From Rothia sp. (in: high G+C Gram-positive bacteria) (GTDB lineage Bacteria > Actinomycetota > Actinomycetes > Actinomycetales > Micrococcaceae), in NCBI GenBank assembly GCA_034179845.1, contig JAXFPK010000067.1:1-52067 (forward strand): a stretch of DNA of 52,067 bases, read 5' to 3'. Numbering within the stretch: position 1 is the stretch's first letter; every line of letters begins with the position of its first letter. Below are positions 1 through 11,300 of this stretch, piece after piece. Below the pieces are notes generated by a model. It saw only the letters and a program-made list of their open reading frames with translations, ran no database searches and had not been told where the DNA came from. The position numbers and the translations under genes were made by a program.

Positions 1-101
1 TCAGCTCCCAAACTGTGAAACAATAGCCAGCTGATAATACCTAGACCCCAATACAGTAGAATCGTGGGAAGCCCAATATTGTTTTGAATTCTTTCTAACA
101 T
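1..101 (-). CDS. 5' part of a small hydrophobic membrane protein, candidate bacteriocin immunity protein (runs off the window)
   Basis: Manual translation from ATG at 101 gives MLERIQNNIGLPTILLYWGLGIISWLLFHSLGA..., open to the window edge. It starts 37 nt downstream of the bacteriocin-like ORF on the same strand. Confidence 0.5.
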   Translation of the reverse strand, partial: MLERIQNNIGLPTILLYWGLGIISWLLFHSLGA

Positions 102-138
102 ACTGTTCAACCTATCTGGCTAGATAAATATTTCGGCT

Positions 139-389
139 TTAGTCGAAGCAGGCGACAGATGCTCCAGTTAGTCCGCCGCCGATTCCTCCGACGACAGCTC
201 CTACTGCGCCCCCGCCCACAGTACCGATGATAGGGAGAGTGACGGTTCCGACTGCGGCTCCTGCAAGACCCAAGGTGCCTGCGCCAGTTACAGCTCCGCC
301 ACCGATACCTGTCAGGCACTTGCCCACGCTACGCATCTTACAGCTAGTGCGATAGAAGCAAAACCAGTGATAGCTTTCTTGGTGGTCAT
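139..389 (-). pseudogene. Gly-rich Blp/class II bacteriocin-like precursor, frame-disrupted between signal peptide and core
   Basis: The core ORF 139-336 (KCLTGIGGGAVTG...VGTVTLPIIGTVGGG...GLTGASVAC) has two terminal Cys. The ATG at 389 has a strong RBS (GAAAGGAAA) and encodes the signal-like MTTKKAITGFASIALAV, but it is out of frame with the core (53 nt apart) and stops at 312. Confidence 0.65.
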
Positions 390-550
390 CGTATTTTCCT
401 TTCGTTCCGCAGCGCCTTTGCCGCGGTGATTGGCGATGTCTCTATCTCACCAGTATTCATAAAGAAAGTCAACTTAATAAATGGTGGTTTAGTTAACAAT
501 AAGTAATATCTTATGCATACTTACTAGTCAGGTGCCTGTTGTTTTTCTCT

Positions 551-1442
551 TGTACTGGGTTTAGGTCACACCTTCCGCCCAACCCCAACCGAAGGAATAA
601 TAAAAACCACACCCACCCAATACCCCCACCGACTTCAAAGAACGAGCCATCAGACTCATCAACACCAAACTCCAAGACAACGACGCACCCTCAATGACAC
701 GAACCGTCAAGACACAACCACCAAACTAAGCACCCCCCTCAGCACTCTCACCCGCTGGTGCAACCACGCTGCCCTAGACACCGGCAAAGAAATCACCGCC
801 GGCACCGAAGCCAACGCTGAAATGCGACGACTCAAAGGAGAAAACGCCGAACTGCGCCGTGCCAATACAGGGCAAAGAAACGTGTGCCTTTAGCTCGGGT
901 GCTGAAAGACCAGCTGTTGATTCCCGATCTTCAGCAGATTCATGCTGAGAATTACGGGGTCTATGGTGTGCGTAAAATGTGGCAGGCTATGCGGCGGTCT
1001 GGCTGGGGTATCGGACGGGGTTAGATCTACCGGCTGATGAAAGCTGCTGAGAGTTTTGCGGCAGGCTTTGTTTGAGGCAAAGAAATCGGGGTCTGATTTG
1101 ACTCGGGTTGTGCATCATTCTGATTGTGGGTCGCAGTATGTTTCTGCTGATTACACGCGTGAGTTGAAAGCGCTCGGTGTGCAGTTGTTGGTTGGGTCTT
1201 GTGGAGGTTCGTATGATAATGCGCTGGCTGAGCCGGTCAATGGGGTGTATAAGGCTGAAATGGTGGAAAGCCTGGTTTTTTGGTTCTGTGGTTTGGTTGG
1301 AGGCTGAGACGGCTTCTTGGGTGTGGTGGTTGTATGAGGGGTTTGGTGATTGGATGCTGTGGGAGGTGGAGGAAAGTGCTTTGATGTTTGTTTGGTTTGT
1401 ATGATTTTGTGTGGGTGGTTGGTGTGGCCTAAACCCAGTACA
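551..1442 (+). mobile_element. IS3-family element, internally deleted and degenerate (892 bp)
   Basis: Terminal IRs TGTACTGGGTTTAGGTCACACC (551-572) and GGTGTGGCCTAAACCCAGTACA (1421-1442) match 21/22 with TG...CA ends. OrfA remnants: PTDFKERAIRLI, EMRRLKGENAELRRAN. OrfB remnants: NYGVYGVRKMW, VHHSDCGSQYVS, SYDNALAEPVNGVYKAE. Confidence 0.9.
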
Positions 1443-1496
1443 TATCACCCCTTAAAAACTTTGAGGCTTATTCATAAGGGGTAAATCCACCAGCTA

Positions 1497-1685
1497 GGAG
1501 CGTGTCAGATTGTTTGTGTACATGGCTAATCTGATGTGAAAAGATTGACCGCGTCTATGAACAATATGAACAAGTAAACCCCTGAGTCTGAGCCGATGGC
1601 TCGCGAGTTGCGTCGCGAGTTGTTCAGTGACCGTCTCGGCTACGGGAAACATGATCCGGCGGGCCGGGGATTGAGGAATTCTAGA
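1497..1685 (+). mobile_element. IS256-family transposase scar (left end only)
   Basis: 1629-1685 translates to DRLGYGKHDPAGRGLRNSR, matching the IS256 N-terminal LGYxxHxxxGRxxxNxRNG motif. An IS256-like end (GGAGCGTGTCAGA...) lies at ~1497. Confidence 0.65.
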
Positions 1686-1815
1686 GCTATTTGCGCAGTA
1701 GCCTGAGTGGCCATGTGGTTAGGGTAGCCTGCTAAAAAGACCTACAATGACCCCCAGCTGAAATAATCAGGCTCCCAAGCTCCACCTACCTTGACGGAGG
1801 CGTTAAAATCAAAGA

Positions 1816-3186
1816 GTGAGCACAATAGAAAACACCCAGAACCCCGCTGCCCCCGCTGACTTCACCCTGCGCACCATTGACCTGCGCGGTAGTCACCATT
1901 CCTATGCTGAGCTGCGCCGCATCGTCCCGCGTCAGACCACCGAATTTGTGGGGAAGGCGCTCACCACTGTGCAAGACATCCTTGAAAAGGTGCAAACCCG
2001 CGGGGCTGATTACCTGCGTGAGCTCTCCGCCCAGTTTGATGGCGTTGAGCAAGGCGCCCTGCGCGTGCCCCAAAGCGCTATTGACCAGGCTGTGGCCAAC
2101 CTTGACCCTGGTGTGCGTAAGGGCCTAGAAATCGCTATTGAACGTACCCGTGCTTTTGCTGCCGTCCAGCGTCCGGCTGACCAGACCCTTGAGGTAGCAC
2201 CTGGGGCCGTCCTCACTAACCGTTGGACCCCCGTCCGCCGCGCCGGTGTTTATGTGCCCGGTGGCCTGGCCGTCTACCCCTCATCGGTCATTATGAACAC
2301 TGTGCCTGCCCAAGCAGCAGGGGTCGGCTCCATTGTGCTGTGCACCCCGCCCCAAAAAGAATTTGGTGGCCTGCCCCACCCCACTATTCTGGGTGCCGCG
2401 GGCCTGCTCGGTATCACCGAAATCTGGGCAATCGGCGGCGCCGGTGCCCTAGGGGCTATGGCCTACGGGCTTGAAGATGCCGATGAAACACTGGAACCAG
2501 TAGATACCATCACCGGCCCCGGTAACATCTTCGTAGCCATGGCCAAGCGCGCCCTGCAAGGCATGGTAGGTGTGGACGGTGAAGCCGGAACCACCGAAAT
2601 CGCCATCATCGCAGATGACACCGCCAACCCTGAGTATGTAGCAACCGACCTGATTTCTCAGGCAGAGCACGACCCTAACGCAGGGTCCGTACTCATCACC
2701 CACAGCCCCGCCCTAGCTGCCGCCGTCCAAGAAGCCGTTAGCCGCCGGGGAGCTGCAACCAAGCACCGCGAGCGCGTTGCCACAGCCCTAACAGGCCCCC
2801 AGTCCGGTGTGGTGCTGACCGATAACCTGGAAGCCTCTATCGCTGTGGCAGATGCTTATGCCGCCGAGCACCTGGAAATTCACACGGAAAAGGCCGAAGA
2901 AGTCGCCGGGAAGGTGCGTAATGCTGGGGCTATCTTCATCGGTTCCTATTCGCCGGTGCCCCTGGGAGACTATGCGGCAGGTTCTAACCACGTTCTGCCG
3001 ACCGGCGGTTCAGCAGCCTATGCTTCTGGGCTGAACACCACTGTTTTCATGAAAGCTGTCCAGCTCATTAACTACAGCCAGGAGGCACTGGCTGACATTG
3101 GCGATGCTATTGTTGCGGTTGCCCACGACGAGGACCTACCCGCTCATGGTGAAGCTATCACCGTGCGTACTGGTCAGGCTCAGTAA
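1816..3186 (+). CDS. hisD: Histidinol dehydrogenase
   Basis: Motifs [43 protein letters not shown]. Confidence 0.97.
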   Translation: MSTIENTQNPAAPADFTLRTIDLRGSHHSYAELRRIVPRQTTEFVGKALTTVQDILEKVQTRGADYLRELSAQFDGVEQGALRVPQSAIDQAVANLDPGVRKGLEIAIERTRAFAAVQRPADQTLEVAPGAVLTNRWTPVRRAGVYVPGGLAVYPSSVIMNTVPAQAAGVGSIVLCTPPQKEFGGLPHPTILGAAGLLGITEIWAIGGAGALGAMAYGLEDADETLEPVDTITGPGNIFVAMAKRALQGMVGVDGEAGTTEIAIIADDTANPEYVATDLISQAEHDPNAGSVLITHSPALAAAVQEAVSRRGAATKHRERVATALTGPQSGVVLTDNLEASIAVADAYAAEHLEIHTEKAEEVAGKVRNAGAIFIGSYSPVPLGDYAAGSNHVLPTGGSAAYASGLNTTVFMKAVQLINYSQEALADIGDAIVAVAHDEDLPAHGEAITVRTGQAQ

Positions 3187-3208
3187 AGGTACCTACCGGA
3201 GGAACCAC

Positions 3209-3685
3209 ATGAATTGCCCCTTCTGCCGTAATGCCACCTCAAAGGTGGTTGATTCGCGTACCACTGATGATAATTCAGCGATTCGCCGCCGCCGTCAGTG
3301 CAGTAACTGCGGTAAGCGGTTCACCACCGTTGAGACTACCGCCGTGTCGGTTATTAAGCGAAGTGGTGTGACGGAGCCTTTTGATCGGTCCAAGATTGTC
3401 TCTGGTGTGCGCAAGGCCTGCCAGGGGCGGCCTGTAGGTGAGGACGACCTGGCCAAGCTGGCCCAGGAAGTGGAAGAATCGATCCGGGCTAAGGGTATCG
3501 CTGAGATTGATGCCCACGAGGTGGGGCTCTCAATCTTAGAGCCGCTCTCTAAGCTGGATACGGTAGCTTACCTGCGTTTTGCTAGTGTCTACCAGGCTTT
3601 TGAGTCATTGGATGATTTTGAGCGGGCTATTGCGGCCTTGCGCGCAGAGGGCGCGGACGAGGGGGAGCAGCCCACCTTGCTCTAG
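3209..3685 (+). CDS. nrdR: Transcriptional repressor NrdR
   Basis: MNCPFC...IRRRRQC..C Zn ribbon plus ATP cone and [10 protein letters not shown]. Start refined to ATG 3209 after the GGAGG RBS. Confidence 0.97.
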   Translation: MNCPFCRNATSKVVDSRTTDDNSAIRRRRQCSNCGKRFTTVETTAVSVIKRSGVTEPFDRSKIVSGVRKACQGRPVGEDDLAKLAQEVEESIRAKGIAEIDAHEVGLSILEPLSKLDTVAYLRFASVYQAFESLDDFERAIAALRAEGADEGEQPTLL

Positions 3686-3699
3686 CAGCTAGATATGCC

Positions 3700-3756
3700 A
3701 GGACGCCGCCTGCTCACTTTGCTACCTGCTGGTAGGAGAGGGGGCAGCGGCGTCCT
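3700..3756. terminator. Hairpin between convergent nrdR and ppgK
   Basis: AGGACGCCGC...GCGGCGTCCT followed by a T-rich tail. Confidence 0.6.
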
Positions 3757-3779
3757 TTATTTGTTGGGGCTGGGGGTAT

Positions 3780-4625
3780 CTAGTTCTGGGCGGTGGCGCG
3801 GCGTTCGTGTTCGCTGGGGTGGCCTGCTGCCCATAGGGCTGCGCCTACGATGCCGGCGTTGTTTCGTAGCTGGGCTATGGCCAGGGGGGTGTTAATCTCA
3901 GTTTCAAGGTGAGGTAGGAATTTTTCTGGGTGTTTCGAGATGCCGCCGCCAATGATGAACAGGTCGGGGGAGAAGAGGGATTCTACGTGGGAGAAGTATC
4001 GGCGCAGTCGCTTGCCGTATTTTTTCCAGGAGAGTTCTTGGTGTTCACGTACTCGGGCTGAGGCGCGGGTTTCTGCGTCGTGGCCATCAAGTTCAAGGTG
4101 GCCCAGTTCGGTGTTGGGAATGAGCTGGCCGTTCATGATGAGGGCAGAGCCGATACCGGTACCGAGGGTGACCATGATGATGAGCCCTTCCTTGCCTTGG
4201 CCTTGCCCGTAGGTGGCTTCGGCTAGGCCGGCGGCGTCGGCGTCGTTGAGGGCGTAAACGGTGCGGCCGCCCAGGGCCTGGCTCATGGTGCCCTCAAGGT
4301 CAGCACCAATCCAGGATTCGTGCACGTTGGCGGCAGAGAGTGTTACCCCGTTTTTTACGATGGCTGGAAAATCAATGCCTACCGCCGCATCGGGGAGGGG
4401 TGCCAGTTCTCGGCCTTGTAGCTCAGCGACGATTTCTTGTGCCACGGTGGCGCAGGCTTGGGGGGTGGCTGGCTGGGGGGTGGGGATGCGGAAGCGGTCG
4501 CCTACTAGCTGGCCGGTGCGGATATCGACGATACCGCCTTTCATTCCGGTGCCTCCGATGTCGATGCCGATGACCAGGTCCGCTGGGGTGGGTGCTGGGA
4601 TGCCGGGGGTGGTTGTGTCCGTCAT
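3780..4625 (-). CDS. ppgK: Polyphosphate glucokinase (ROK family)
   Basis: Motifs GIDIGGTGMK, LNDADAAGLAE, TLGTGIGSA, PNTELGH, IIGGGIS. Start refined to ATG 4625. Confidence 0.93.
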   Translation of the reverse strand: MTDTTTPGIPAPTPADLVIGIDIGGTGMKGGIVDIRTGQLVGDRFRIPTPQPATPQACATVAQEIVAELQGRELAPLPDAAVGIDFPAIVKNGVTLSAANVHESWIGADLEGTMSQALGGRTVYALNDADAAGLAEATYGQGQGKEGLIIMVTLGTGIGSALIMNGQLIPNTELGHLELDGHDAETRASARVREHQELSWKKYGKRLRRYFSHVESLFSPDLFIIGGGISKHPEKFLPHLETEINTPLAIAQLRNNAGIVGAALWAAGHPSEHERRATAQN

Positions 4626-4650
4626 GGGCTTTCCTTGAGGGTCGTGGCGG

Positions 4651-5556
4651 TTAGGGCAGGGTGAGAATATCAACGCCGTCGGCGGTGACAACCATGGTGT
4701 GTTCAAATTGGGCGCTGCGTTTGCGGTCGCGGGTGACGACCGTCCAGTCGTCGTCCCACATGTCCCATTCGATGGTGCCGAGGGTGAGCATGGGTTCGAT
4801 GGTGAAGATCATGCCTTCTTCGATGACGGTGTTGTAGGCTGGGGCGGCGTCGTAGTGGGGGATGATGAGGCCGGAGTGGAATTCGCGTCCTACCCCGTGG
4901 CCGGTGAAGTCTCGTACTACCCCGTAGCCGAAGCGGGCTGCGTATTTTTCGATGACGCGGCCGATGATGTTGATTTCACGGCCGGGGCGTACTGCTTTCA
5001 TGGCGCGGTTGAGGGCTTCTTCGGTGCGCTCAACTAGTAGGCGGGATTCTTCGTCTACATTGCCGATGAGGAGGGTGCGGTTGGTGTCACCGTGCATGTT
5101 GTTTAGGTAGGCGGTTACATCTAGGTTGAGGATGTCGCCGTCTTCTAGCACGGTGGAGTCGGGGATGCCGTGGCAGATGACTTCGTTGAGTGAGGTGCAT
5201 ACGCTTTTGGAGTAGCCGCGGTAGTCGACGGTGGAGGGGTAGGCTCCGTGGTCGCAGATGTATTCGTGGACGAGTACGTCGATGTCGTTGGTGGTGGTGC
5301 CGGGGGTCGCAATTTTTTCGGCTTCGACGATGGCTCCGGCTGCGATTTTTCCGGCGGCTCGTACTTTTTCTATTTCTTCGGGGGTGTAGAAGTCTGAGCC
5401 TTGCCCTTCGTTGGCTTCGGGTTTACCGACGTATTCGGGGCGGACGATGTGGGCTGGTACCGGGCGCATGGGGGCAACGGTGCCGGGGGTGAGGTTTCCG
5501 ATGGGGGCTTTGCCTGGTTCGGTGGGGAGGTTGTGGCTTACTGATGATGTCGACAT
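4651..5556 (-). CDS. map: Methionine aminopeptidase type I
   Basis: Motifs [42 protein letters not shown]. Start probably ATG 5556 (leaderless). Confidence 0.95.
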   Translation of the reverse strand: MSTSSVSHNLPTEPGKAPIGNLTPGTVAPMRPVPAHIVRPEYVGKPEANEGQGSDFYTPEEIEKVRAAGKIAAGAIVEAEKIATPGTTTNDIDVLVHEYICDHGAYPSTVDYRGYSKSVCTSLNEVICHGIPDSTVLEDGDILNLDVTAYLNNMHGDTNRTLLIGNVDEESRLLVERTEEALNRAMKAVRPGREINIIGRVIEKYAARFGYGVVRDFTGHGVGREFHSGLIIPHYDAAPAYNTVIEEGMIFTIEPMLTLGTIEWDMWDDDWTVVTRDRKRSAQFEHTMVVTADGVDILTLP

Positions 5557-5681
5557 GTCTTCTAGCTTAACCGCTGAGTGCTCATCGGTTGGGCTTAGGG
5601 CAGTGTCAAAAGCTGTATCTTTCACCTAAGAAGGCGTAAAGTGGTGCATGTAACATCCCTGATGGTGAGAAAGAAGATGCC

Positions 5682-5882
5682 ATGTCACTCAATGATTACA
5701 CCCCTGGCCCCCATGACCGCCAGTACTGGTACAACTTGAGCACCGGTCAGGTGGAGGAGGGGCAGCAGTCTAAAATTACTGAGCTGTGGGGCCCCTTTGC
5801 TACCCGCCAAGAGGCCGAGCGGGCTATGGAGAAAGCTAAAGAGCGCAACGAGCAGTGGGACCAAGAAAACCAGAAGTGGTAG
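5682..5882 (+). CDS. Small conserved actinobacterial protein (often annotated SPOR-domain) divergent from map
   Basis: YWYNLSTGQVEEG...WGPFATRQEAERAM...RNEQWD pattern and position next to map. Confidence 0.75.
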   Translation: MSLNDYTPGPHDRQYWYNLSTGQVEEGQQSKITELWGPFATRQEAERAMEKAKERNEQWDQENQKW

Positions 5883-5938
5883 GTGAGCTTCTCGTCTTAT
5901 CTGCTGGTGCGCTCTCTTAACTTTTATCTTTTGAGGTC

Positions 5939-6763
5939 TTATCGAAGTTTCTGTTGGGTCAGCCAGTGGAAGAGCCCTACGCACAGGCCACCGCCCACGA
6001 TGTTCCCCAGGGTAACTGGGATGAGGTTGGAGAGAATGACTGCGCCCCAGGTGAGGGTGGGTTCTGTTCCGATAATCACCCCGTAGGGCAGCAGGAACAT
6101 GTTGGCGATGGAGTGTTCGAACCCTAGGGCTACGAAGGCTGTGATAGGGCCTATGACAGCGATGATTTTATCTACGGTGCTACGGCCCGCGAAGGTCATG
6201 AAGACTGCTGTGCAGACCAGGAAGTTAGCACCAATGCCGAGGGCAAAGGCCTGGCCCCAGGGGTAGCTTACTTTGGTTGTGGCTGCTGTGGTTACGAGCT
6301 GCCCCCAGGCCCCGCTACTTCTCTCCTGTAAGCCTCCCCAGTAGCATAGGGCAACCACGAGTGCTGCCCCCACCAGGTTCCCCGTATAAGACAGAGCCCA
6401 ATGTTTGAGAAGCTGCACCCATGAGATTACCCCGGAGGCGCGGGCTGCAAGCGTCATGGTGGTTGAGGTGAAGAGTTCAGCCCCGGTCATGACCACCATC
6501 ATCAGACCCACAGAGAAGGTCATTGCGCACAAGAGTTTCAAAACACCGCTGGGCATGTTTTCTCCCCCGAGCTGGGTGTTGATATAAAGGGCGAAGCCAA
6601 AGGCGATGAGCCCACCTCCTGGTAAGGCCAGTAGGAAGGTCTTGAGGGGAGAGGCATCTGCTGTTTTAGCTTTGATCTCTAAGGCGGTGATGGTTTTTTC
6701 AATCATCTCTGCCGGGGTAGGGGTAGCTGATGACGCGTGTGGTGCTGTTTCTGCCGTAGACAT
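5939..6763 (-). CDS. focA: Formate/nitrite transporter (FNT) family channel
   Basis: Motifs GAELFT, GNLVGA, GFEHSIANM, NLIPVTLGNIVGG. Substrate is not certain. Confidence 0.88.
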   Translation of the reverse strand: MSTAETAPHASSATPTPAEMIEKTITALEIKAKTADASPLKTFLLALPGGGLIAFGFALYINTQLGGENMPSGVLKLLCAMTFSVGLMMVVMTGAELFTSTTMTLAARASGVISWVQLLKHWALSYTGNLVGAALVVALCYWGGLQERSSGAWGQLVTTAATTKVSYPWGQAFALGIGANFLVCTAVFMTFAGRSTVDKIIAVIGPITAFVALGFEHSIANMFLLPYGVIIGTEPTLTWGAVILSNLIPVTLGNIVGGGLCVGLFHWLTQQKLR

Positions 6764-6984
6764 GCTTTAACTCTAGTGGCCTCAGGGCACACCGCCAACT
6801 GAGTGCACTCTTGGGGGTTATCTCAGCCGGTGAAAGAAATCTTTAAAAATCGTTACTCTTATATGCTCTGAGAGCGTGCCAACTGGGCACTTGTGGGGGT
6901 TACGTTCTAGAGTTGATGCTAAGGATTCGTTTGCTCGCCCACCGGGGCGCGGGCACCACCTTTAGACATGAACGGATAGGTTAC

Positions 6985-8328
6985 ATGGATCGTCAGCAAG
7001 AATTCGTTTTGCGCACCATTGAAGAGCGCAACGTGCGTTTCGTCCGCCTCTGGTTTACCGACGTGGTGGGGCAACTTAAATCAGTTGCTATCGCACCGGC
7101 TGAGGTAGAAAGCGCCTTTGACGAAGGTATTGGTTTTGACGGTTCTTCTATTGAAGGCCTTTCCCGTGTCTATGAGTCAGACATGCTGCTGCAACCTGAC
7201 CCCTCCACCTTCCAGGTTCTGCCCTGGCGTGGGGAGGACGAATCTACTTCCCGCATGTTCTGCGATATCTTGACCCCCGACGGGGAGCCTAGCACCTCTG
7301 ATACTCGTGGTGTGCTCAAAAAAGTGCTGTCTAAAGCAGCGGGCATGGGGTTCACCTGCTACACTTCACCAGAAATTGAGTTCTACCTGCTCAAATCGAA
7401 GGAACTTGGGCCCAATGGTTTCCCCGAACCGGTCGACTTCGAAAGCTACTTTGACCATACCCCCGGCGGGGCAGTCCAAGACTTCCGCCGCAAAGCAGTA
7501 ACCAACCTAGAAGAAATCGGCATCTCTGTAGAGTTCTCCCACCACGAAACTGGTCCCGGCCAAAACGAAATCGATCTTCGTCACGCAGACGCCCTCCAGA
7601 CTGCCGACAACATCATGAGCTTCCGCACCGTCATTAAGGAAGTCGCTCTTTCCCAGGGCATCTACGCAACCTTCATGCCTAAGCCCTTCACTGAACACGC
7701 AGGCTCTGGCATGCACACCCACTTCTCCCTCTTTGAAGGTGACACTAACGCCTTCTTCGAAGCGGGAGCAGAATACCAGCTCTCACGCACCGCCAAACAC
7801 TTTATCGCCGGTGTGCTACGCCATGCCCCTGAGTTCACCTCTGTCACCAGCCAGTTCGTCAACTCCTACAAGCGCCTCTGGGGCGGCGGCGAAGCACCCT
7901 CCTTCGTCTCCTGGGGCCACAATAACCGCTCAGCCCTGGTCCGCGTTCCTCTCTATAAGCCCAATAAGATGCAGTCAGCCCGCATGGAATACCGCGGTAT
8001 CGACTCAGCCTCCAACCCCTACCTGGCCTATGCCGTGATTCTGGCTGCTGGCCTCAAGGGCGTGGAGAACGAATACGAGCTACCTAGCGCCGCAGTCACC
8101 GAGGATATCGCTGCAATGACCAGCGCCGAACGCCGGGCCATGGGCTACCACGCCCTGCCCTCATCTCTCTACGATGCAATCCACCGCACCGAAGAATCAG
8201 AGTTCATGGCTGAAACCCTTGGCGAACAGGTCTTTGAACAGTTCCTGCGCAACAAGCGCCAGGACTGGGAGGCCTTCCGCGCAGAAGTAACCCCCTATGA
8301 ACTGAAAAATAGCCTCGGAATTCTCTAG
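6985..8328 (+). CDS. glnA2: Glutamine synthetase family protein (GlnA2 type)
   Basis: Motifs MDRQQEFVLRTIEER, FDGSSIEG, TFMPKP, GSGMHTH, NRSALVRVP. Located directly upstream of glnE. Confidence 0.93.
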   Translation: MDRQQEFVLRTIEERNVRFVRLWFTDVVGQLKSVAIAPAEVESAFDEGIGFDGSSIEGLSRVYESDMLLQPDPSTFQVLPWRGEDESTSRMFCDILTPDGEPSTSDTRGVLKKVLSKAAGMGFTCYTSPEIEFYLLKSKELGPNGFPEPVDFESYFDHTPGGAVQDFRRKAVTNLEEIGISVEFSHHETGPGQNEIDLRHADALQTADNIMSFRTVIKEVALSQGIYATFMPKPFTEHAGSGMHTHFSLFEGDTNAFFEAGAEYQLSRTAKHFIAGVLRHAPEFTSVTSQFVNSYKRLWGGGEAPSFVSWGHNNRSALVRVPLYKPNKMQSARMEYRGIDSASNPYLAYAVILAAGLKGVENEYELPSAAVTEDIAAMTSAERRAMGYHALPSSLYDAIHRTEESEFMAETLGEQVFEQFLRNKRQDWEAFRAEVTPYELKNSLGIL

Positions 8329-8336
8329 CACCCGCA

Positions 8337-8372
8337 AGCAGGCGCAACACCCCAACAGGTGTTGCGCCTGCT
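8337..8372 (+). terminator. Perfect 15-bp stem between glnA2 and glnE without U-tract (partial terminator or stabiliser)
   Basis: AGCAGGCGCAACACC-6 nt-GGTGTTGCGCCTGCT. Confidence 0.65.
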
Positions 8373-8397
8373 GCGATATTACCCCAAGGAGTCAGCG

Positions 8398-11300
8398 GTG
8401 ACCCACACCCAGCAGAACGAAACCCCCCAAGAGGCAGCCTACCGGGCTGAAGAAGAACGCAAGGCCCACCTCCGCCTGGTCAGCGAAATGGTGTCCCTAG
8501 GTTTCTATGACGCTGCCAAAAGCGTCCGCTGGCTCAGATCCCCAGAACTCCAGGGCCTAGACCGGGCCAAACTCTTTGAGGGCCTACGCCTTGCCCCTTC
8601 ACCTGATATCGCCCTTCCTGCCCTGGTACGGCTCATTGAGCGCGCCCCCCAGGTGGCAGAGCTAGCGCAAAAAGGCGCTCAAGCTGAAGCCCTCTACCGT
8701 CTCTTAGGGGGATCTGAGGCGCTAGGGGAGTTCCTAATCCGCCACCCCGAACACGCCTCCTTACTGGCCCTAGACCCCACCTCCTTTTCTGGGCAGGACC
8801 ACCCGGCCTCCTTAATGCCAGAGACAGATGAAGAATATCTATCCCCAATCGCGCCGCTAGATACTCTCTACCGCCGTGAACTACTCACAGCCGTCGGCGC
8901 AGACCCCAATGCGACTGACCCGCAAGCCCAGCTCACCGGTAAAGAAGCCTACACTGCCCTGCGCGTAGCCTACCGCCGTCACCTCACAGAACTAGCCATC
9001 TACGACCTCACCAGCTTCGCCCCGGCCCAGTTCATGCCAACGGTCGGGCGGCTCCTAGCTGATCTGGCTGCTGCCGCCATTGAAGGTGCCCTCGCTATCG
9101 CCCGAGCCGACGTCAGCAAAAACTACGACCCCCAGACAGTAGCTGCCGTGCAACTGGCAGTCATCGGCATGGGCAAGTGCGGGGCACGCGAACTCAACTA
9201 CATCTCTGATGTCGACGTCGTCTACGCGGTAGCCCACACACCTCTCACCGACCTACCGGAGGGCTTCACCCCCCTAGATGAGAACACCCTGACCCAGATT
9301 GGTACCGAACTGGTCATGGCCCTCTCCAAGGCCATTATGGCCCCAGCCCCAGAACCTGCCCTCTGGGAAGTAGACGCTAACCTCCGCCCAGAAGGTAAGG
9401 ACGGAGCCCTGGTTCGCACCGTGGAATCCTACACCACCTACTACAAACGCTGGGCCGAAAACTGGGAATTTCAGGCCCTGCTCAAAGCCCGCCCTATCGC
9501 TGGCACCCCCGAGCTAGGCGTCCGCTGGGCCAGGGCCATGCGCCCCTTCATCTGGGAATCTGCAACCCGCGACTCCTTTGTAGAATCAGTCCAAGCCATG
9601 CGCCGGCGCGTTACCGATAACATCCCCGCAGCAGAAGTAGACCGCCAAATTAAGCTAGGCCCAGGCGGGCTACGAGACGTCGAATTTACCGTGCAGCTAC
9701 TGCAGCTCGTGCACGGACGCACCGACGAGAGCATCCGCACCCAAACCACCACCGACTCCATCGCCGCCCTCGCTAAAGCCAGCTATATCGGCCGTAAAGA
9801 CGCCCACGATTTTGCCGAGAACTATGCCACCTTACGGGTCATGGAGCACCGTATTCAACTCCTGTATATGCGCCGCACCCACCTGATGCCCGCTAAAGAA
9901 AAAGACCGCCGCGCTCTTGCCCGGGCCATGAATTCGCCCCTAGCCCCCACCCACCTGACCGAAGCTGAGATGCTCAAACAGTGGGCTGGTATCAAACGGG
10001 TAGTCAAGTCTCTGCACGAGCGGCTTTTCTTCCGTCCTCTTCTGGCCGCTGTCGCCCACCTTTCTAAGGCCGAAGTTGCCCTCTCGCCCCAGGCGGCTCA
10101 AGATCGTCTGGCTGCCCTGGGCTATAAGGACCCCAAACGCGCTATGGGCCACATTGAAGCCCTCACTAAGGGGCTGCGCCGCTCAGCAGAGATCCAACGC
10201 ACCCTTATGCCTGTGCTTCTGGGTTGGTTCGCCAAAGGTGTTAATCCGGACGCCGGCCTCCTCGGTTTCCGCCGTATCAGCGAGTCCCTCGGCGGCACCC
10301 CCTGGTACCTGCGCATGCTCCGCGACTCACCGGCAGCAGCAGAACGACTCTGCTCCCTGCTGTCCTCCTCCCGCTTCATCACAGACCTATTGGAGGACAC
10401 CCCAGAACCTATCGCCTGGCTAGACCGGGCTGAAGATCTCAAACCGCGCAGCACCGACGTCATCATAGGAGAGTTACGTTCCCAGCTCACCCGCCATACC
10501 GATTCTGCCGAAGCCATTCGGGCAGTACGCATGGTGCGCCGCCGCGAAATACTGCGCCTGGCCATGGGGGAGGCCCTCGGCCTGAACACCAACGCAGAAG
10601 TTGCCCACGGCCTATCAGATATCGACCGGGGAGCCATCCAATCAGCCCTGGCTATTGCCGAGCGAGAAACCTACACAGATGGCCGCACCCCGCTCACTGA
10701 CCTTGCGGTAATCGCTATGGGCCGTCAGGGCGGGGCCGAAATCGGCTACGGCTCAGACTCCGACCTCATCTACGTGCACATACCGCGCGAGGGGGCCGAT
10801 GGTAAAGCAGCCCAAGCAGAAGCAACGGACCTCATCAACCGCATGGTCAGCCTACTCAAACAACCCACCACACCACCGATTCGGGCTGAGAAGGTTCTCG
10901 AGATTGATGCTGACTTGCGCCCTGAAGGTAAGTCTGGGGCTATGGTGCGCTCGCTGGAGTCTTTCCGCGAATACTATGAGCGTTGGGCAGATACCTGGGA
11001 GTTTCAGGCTCTACTGCGTGCTCGCCCTTTTGCTGGTTCTGAATATGTGGGCGCGGCTTTTATTGAGCTCATCGACCCCTACCGGTACCCGGTTTCTTTC
11101 TCTGCTGAGAAGGTCACCGAGATCCGCCGTATGAAGGCCCGTGTGGAGACCGAACGTATGCCCCGCGGGTCTGATAAGACCCGCCAGCTCAAGCTGGGCC
11201 GGGGCGGGTTGACGGACGTCGAATGGCTGGTTCAGCTCTTGCAGCTACAACATGCGCACCGAGTACCAGGGATGCAGACAACCTCTACTCTCAAGGCTTT

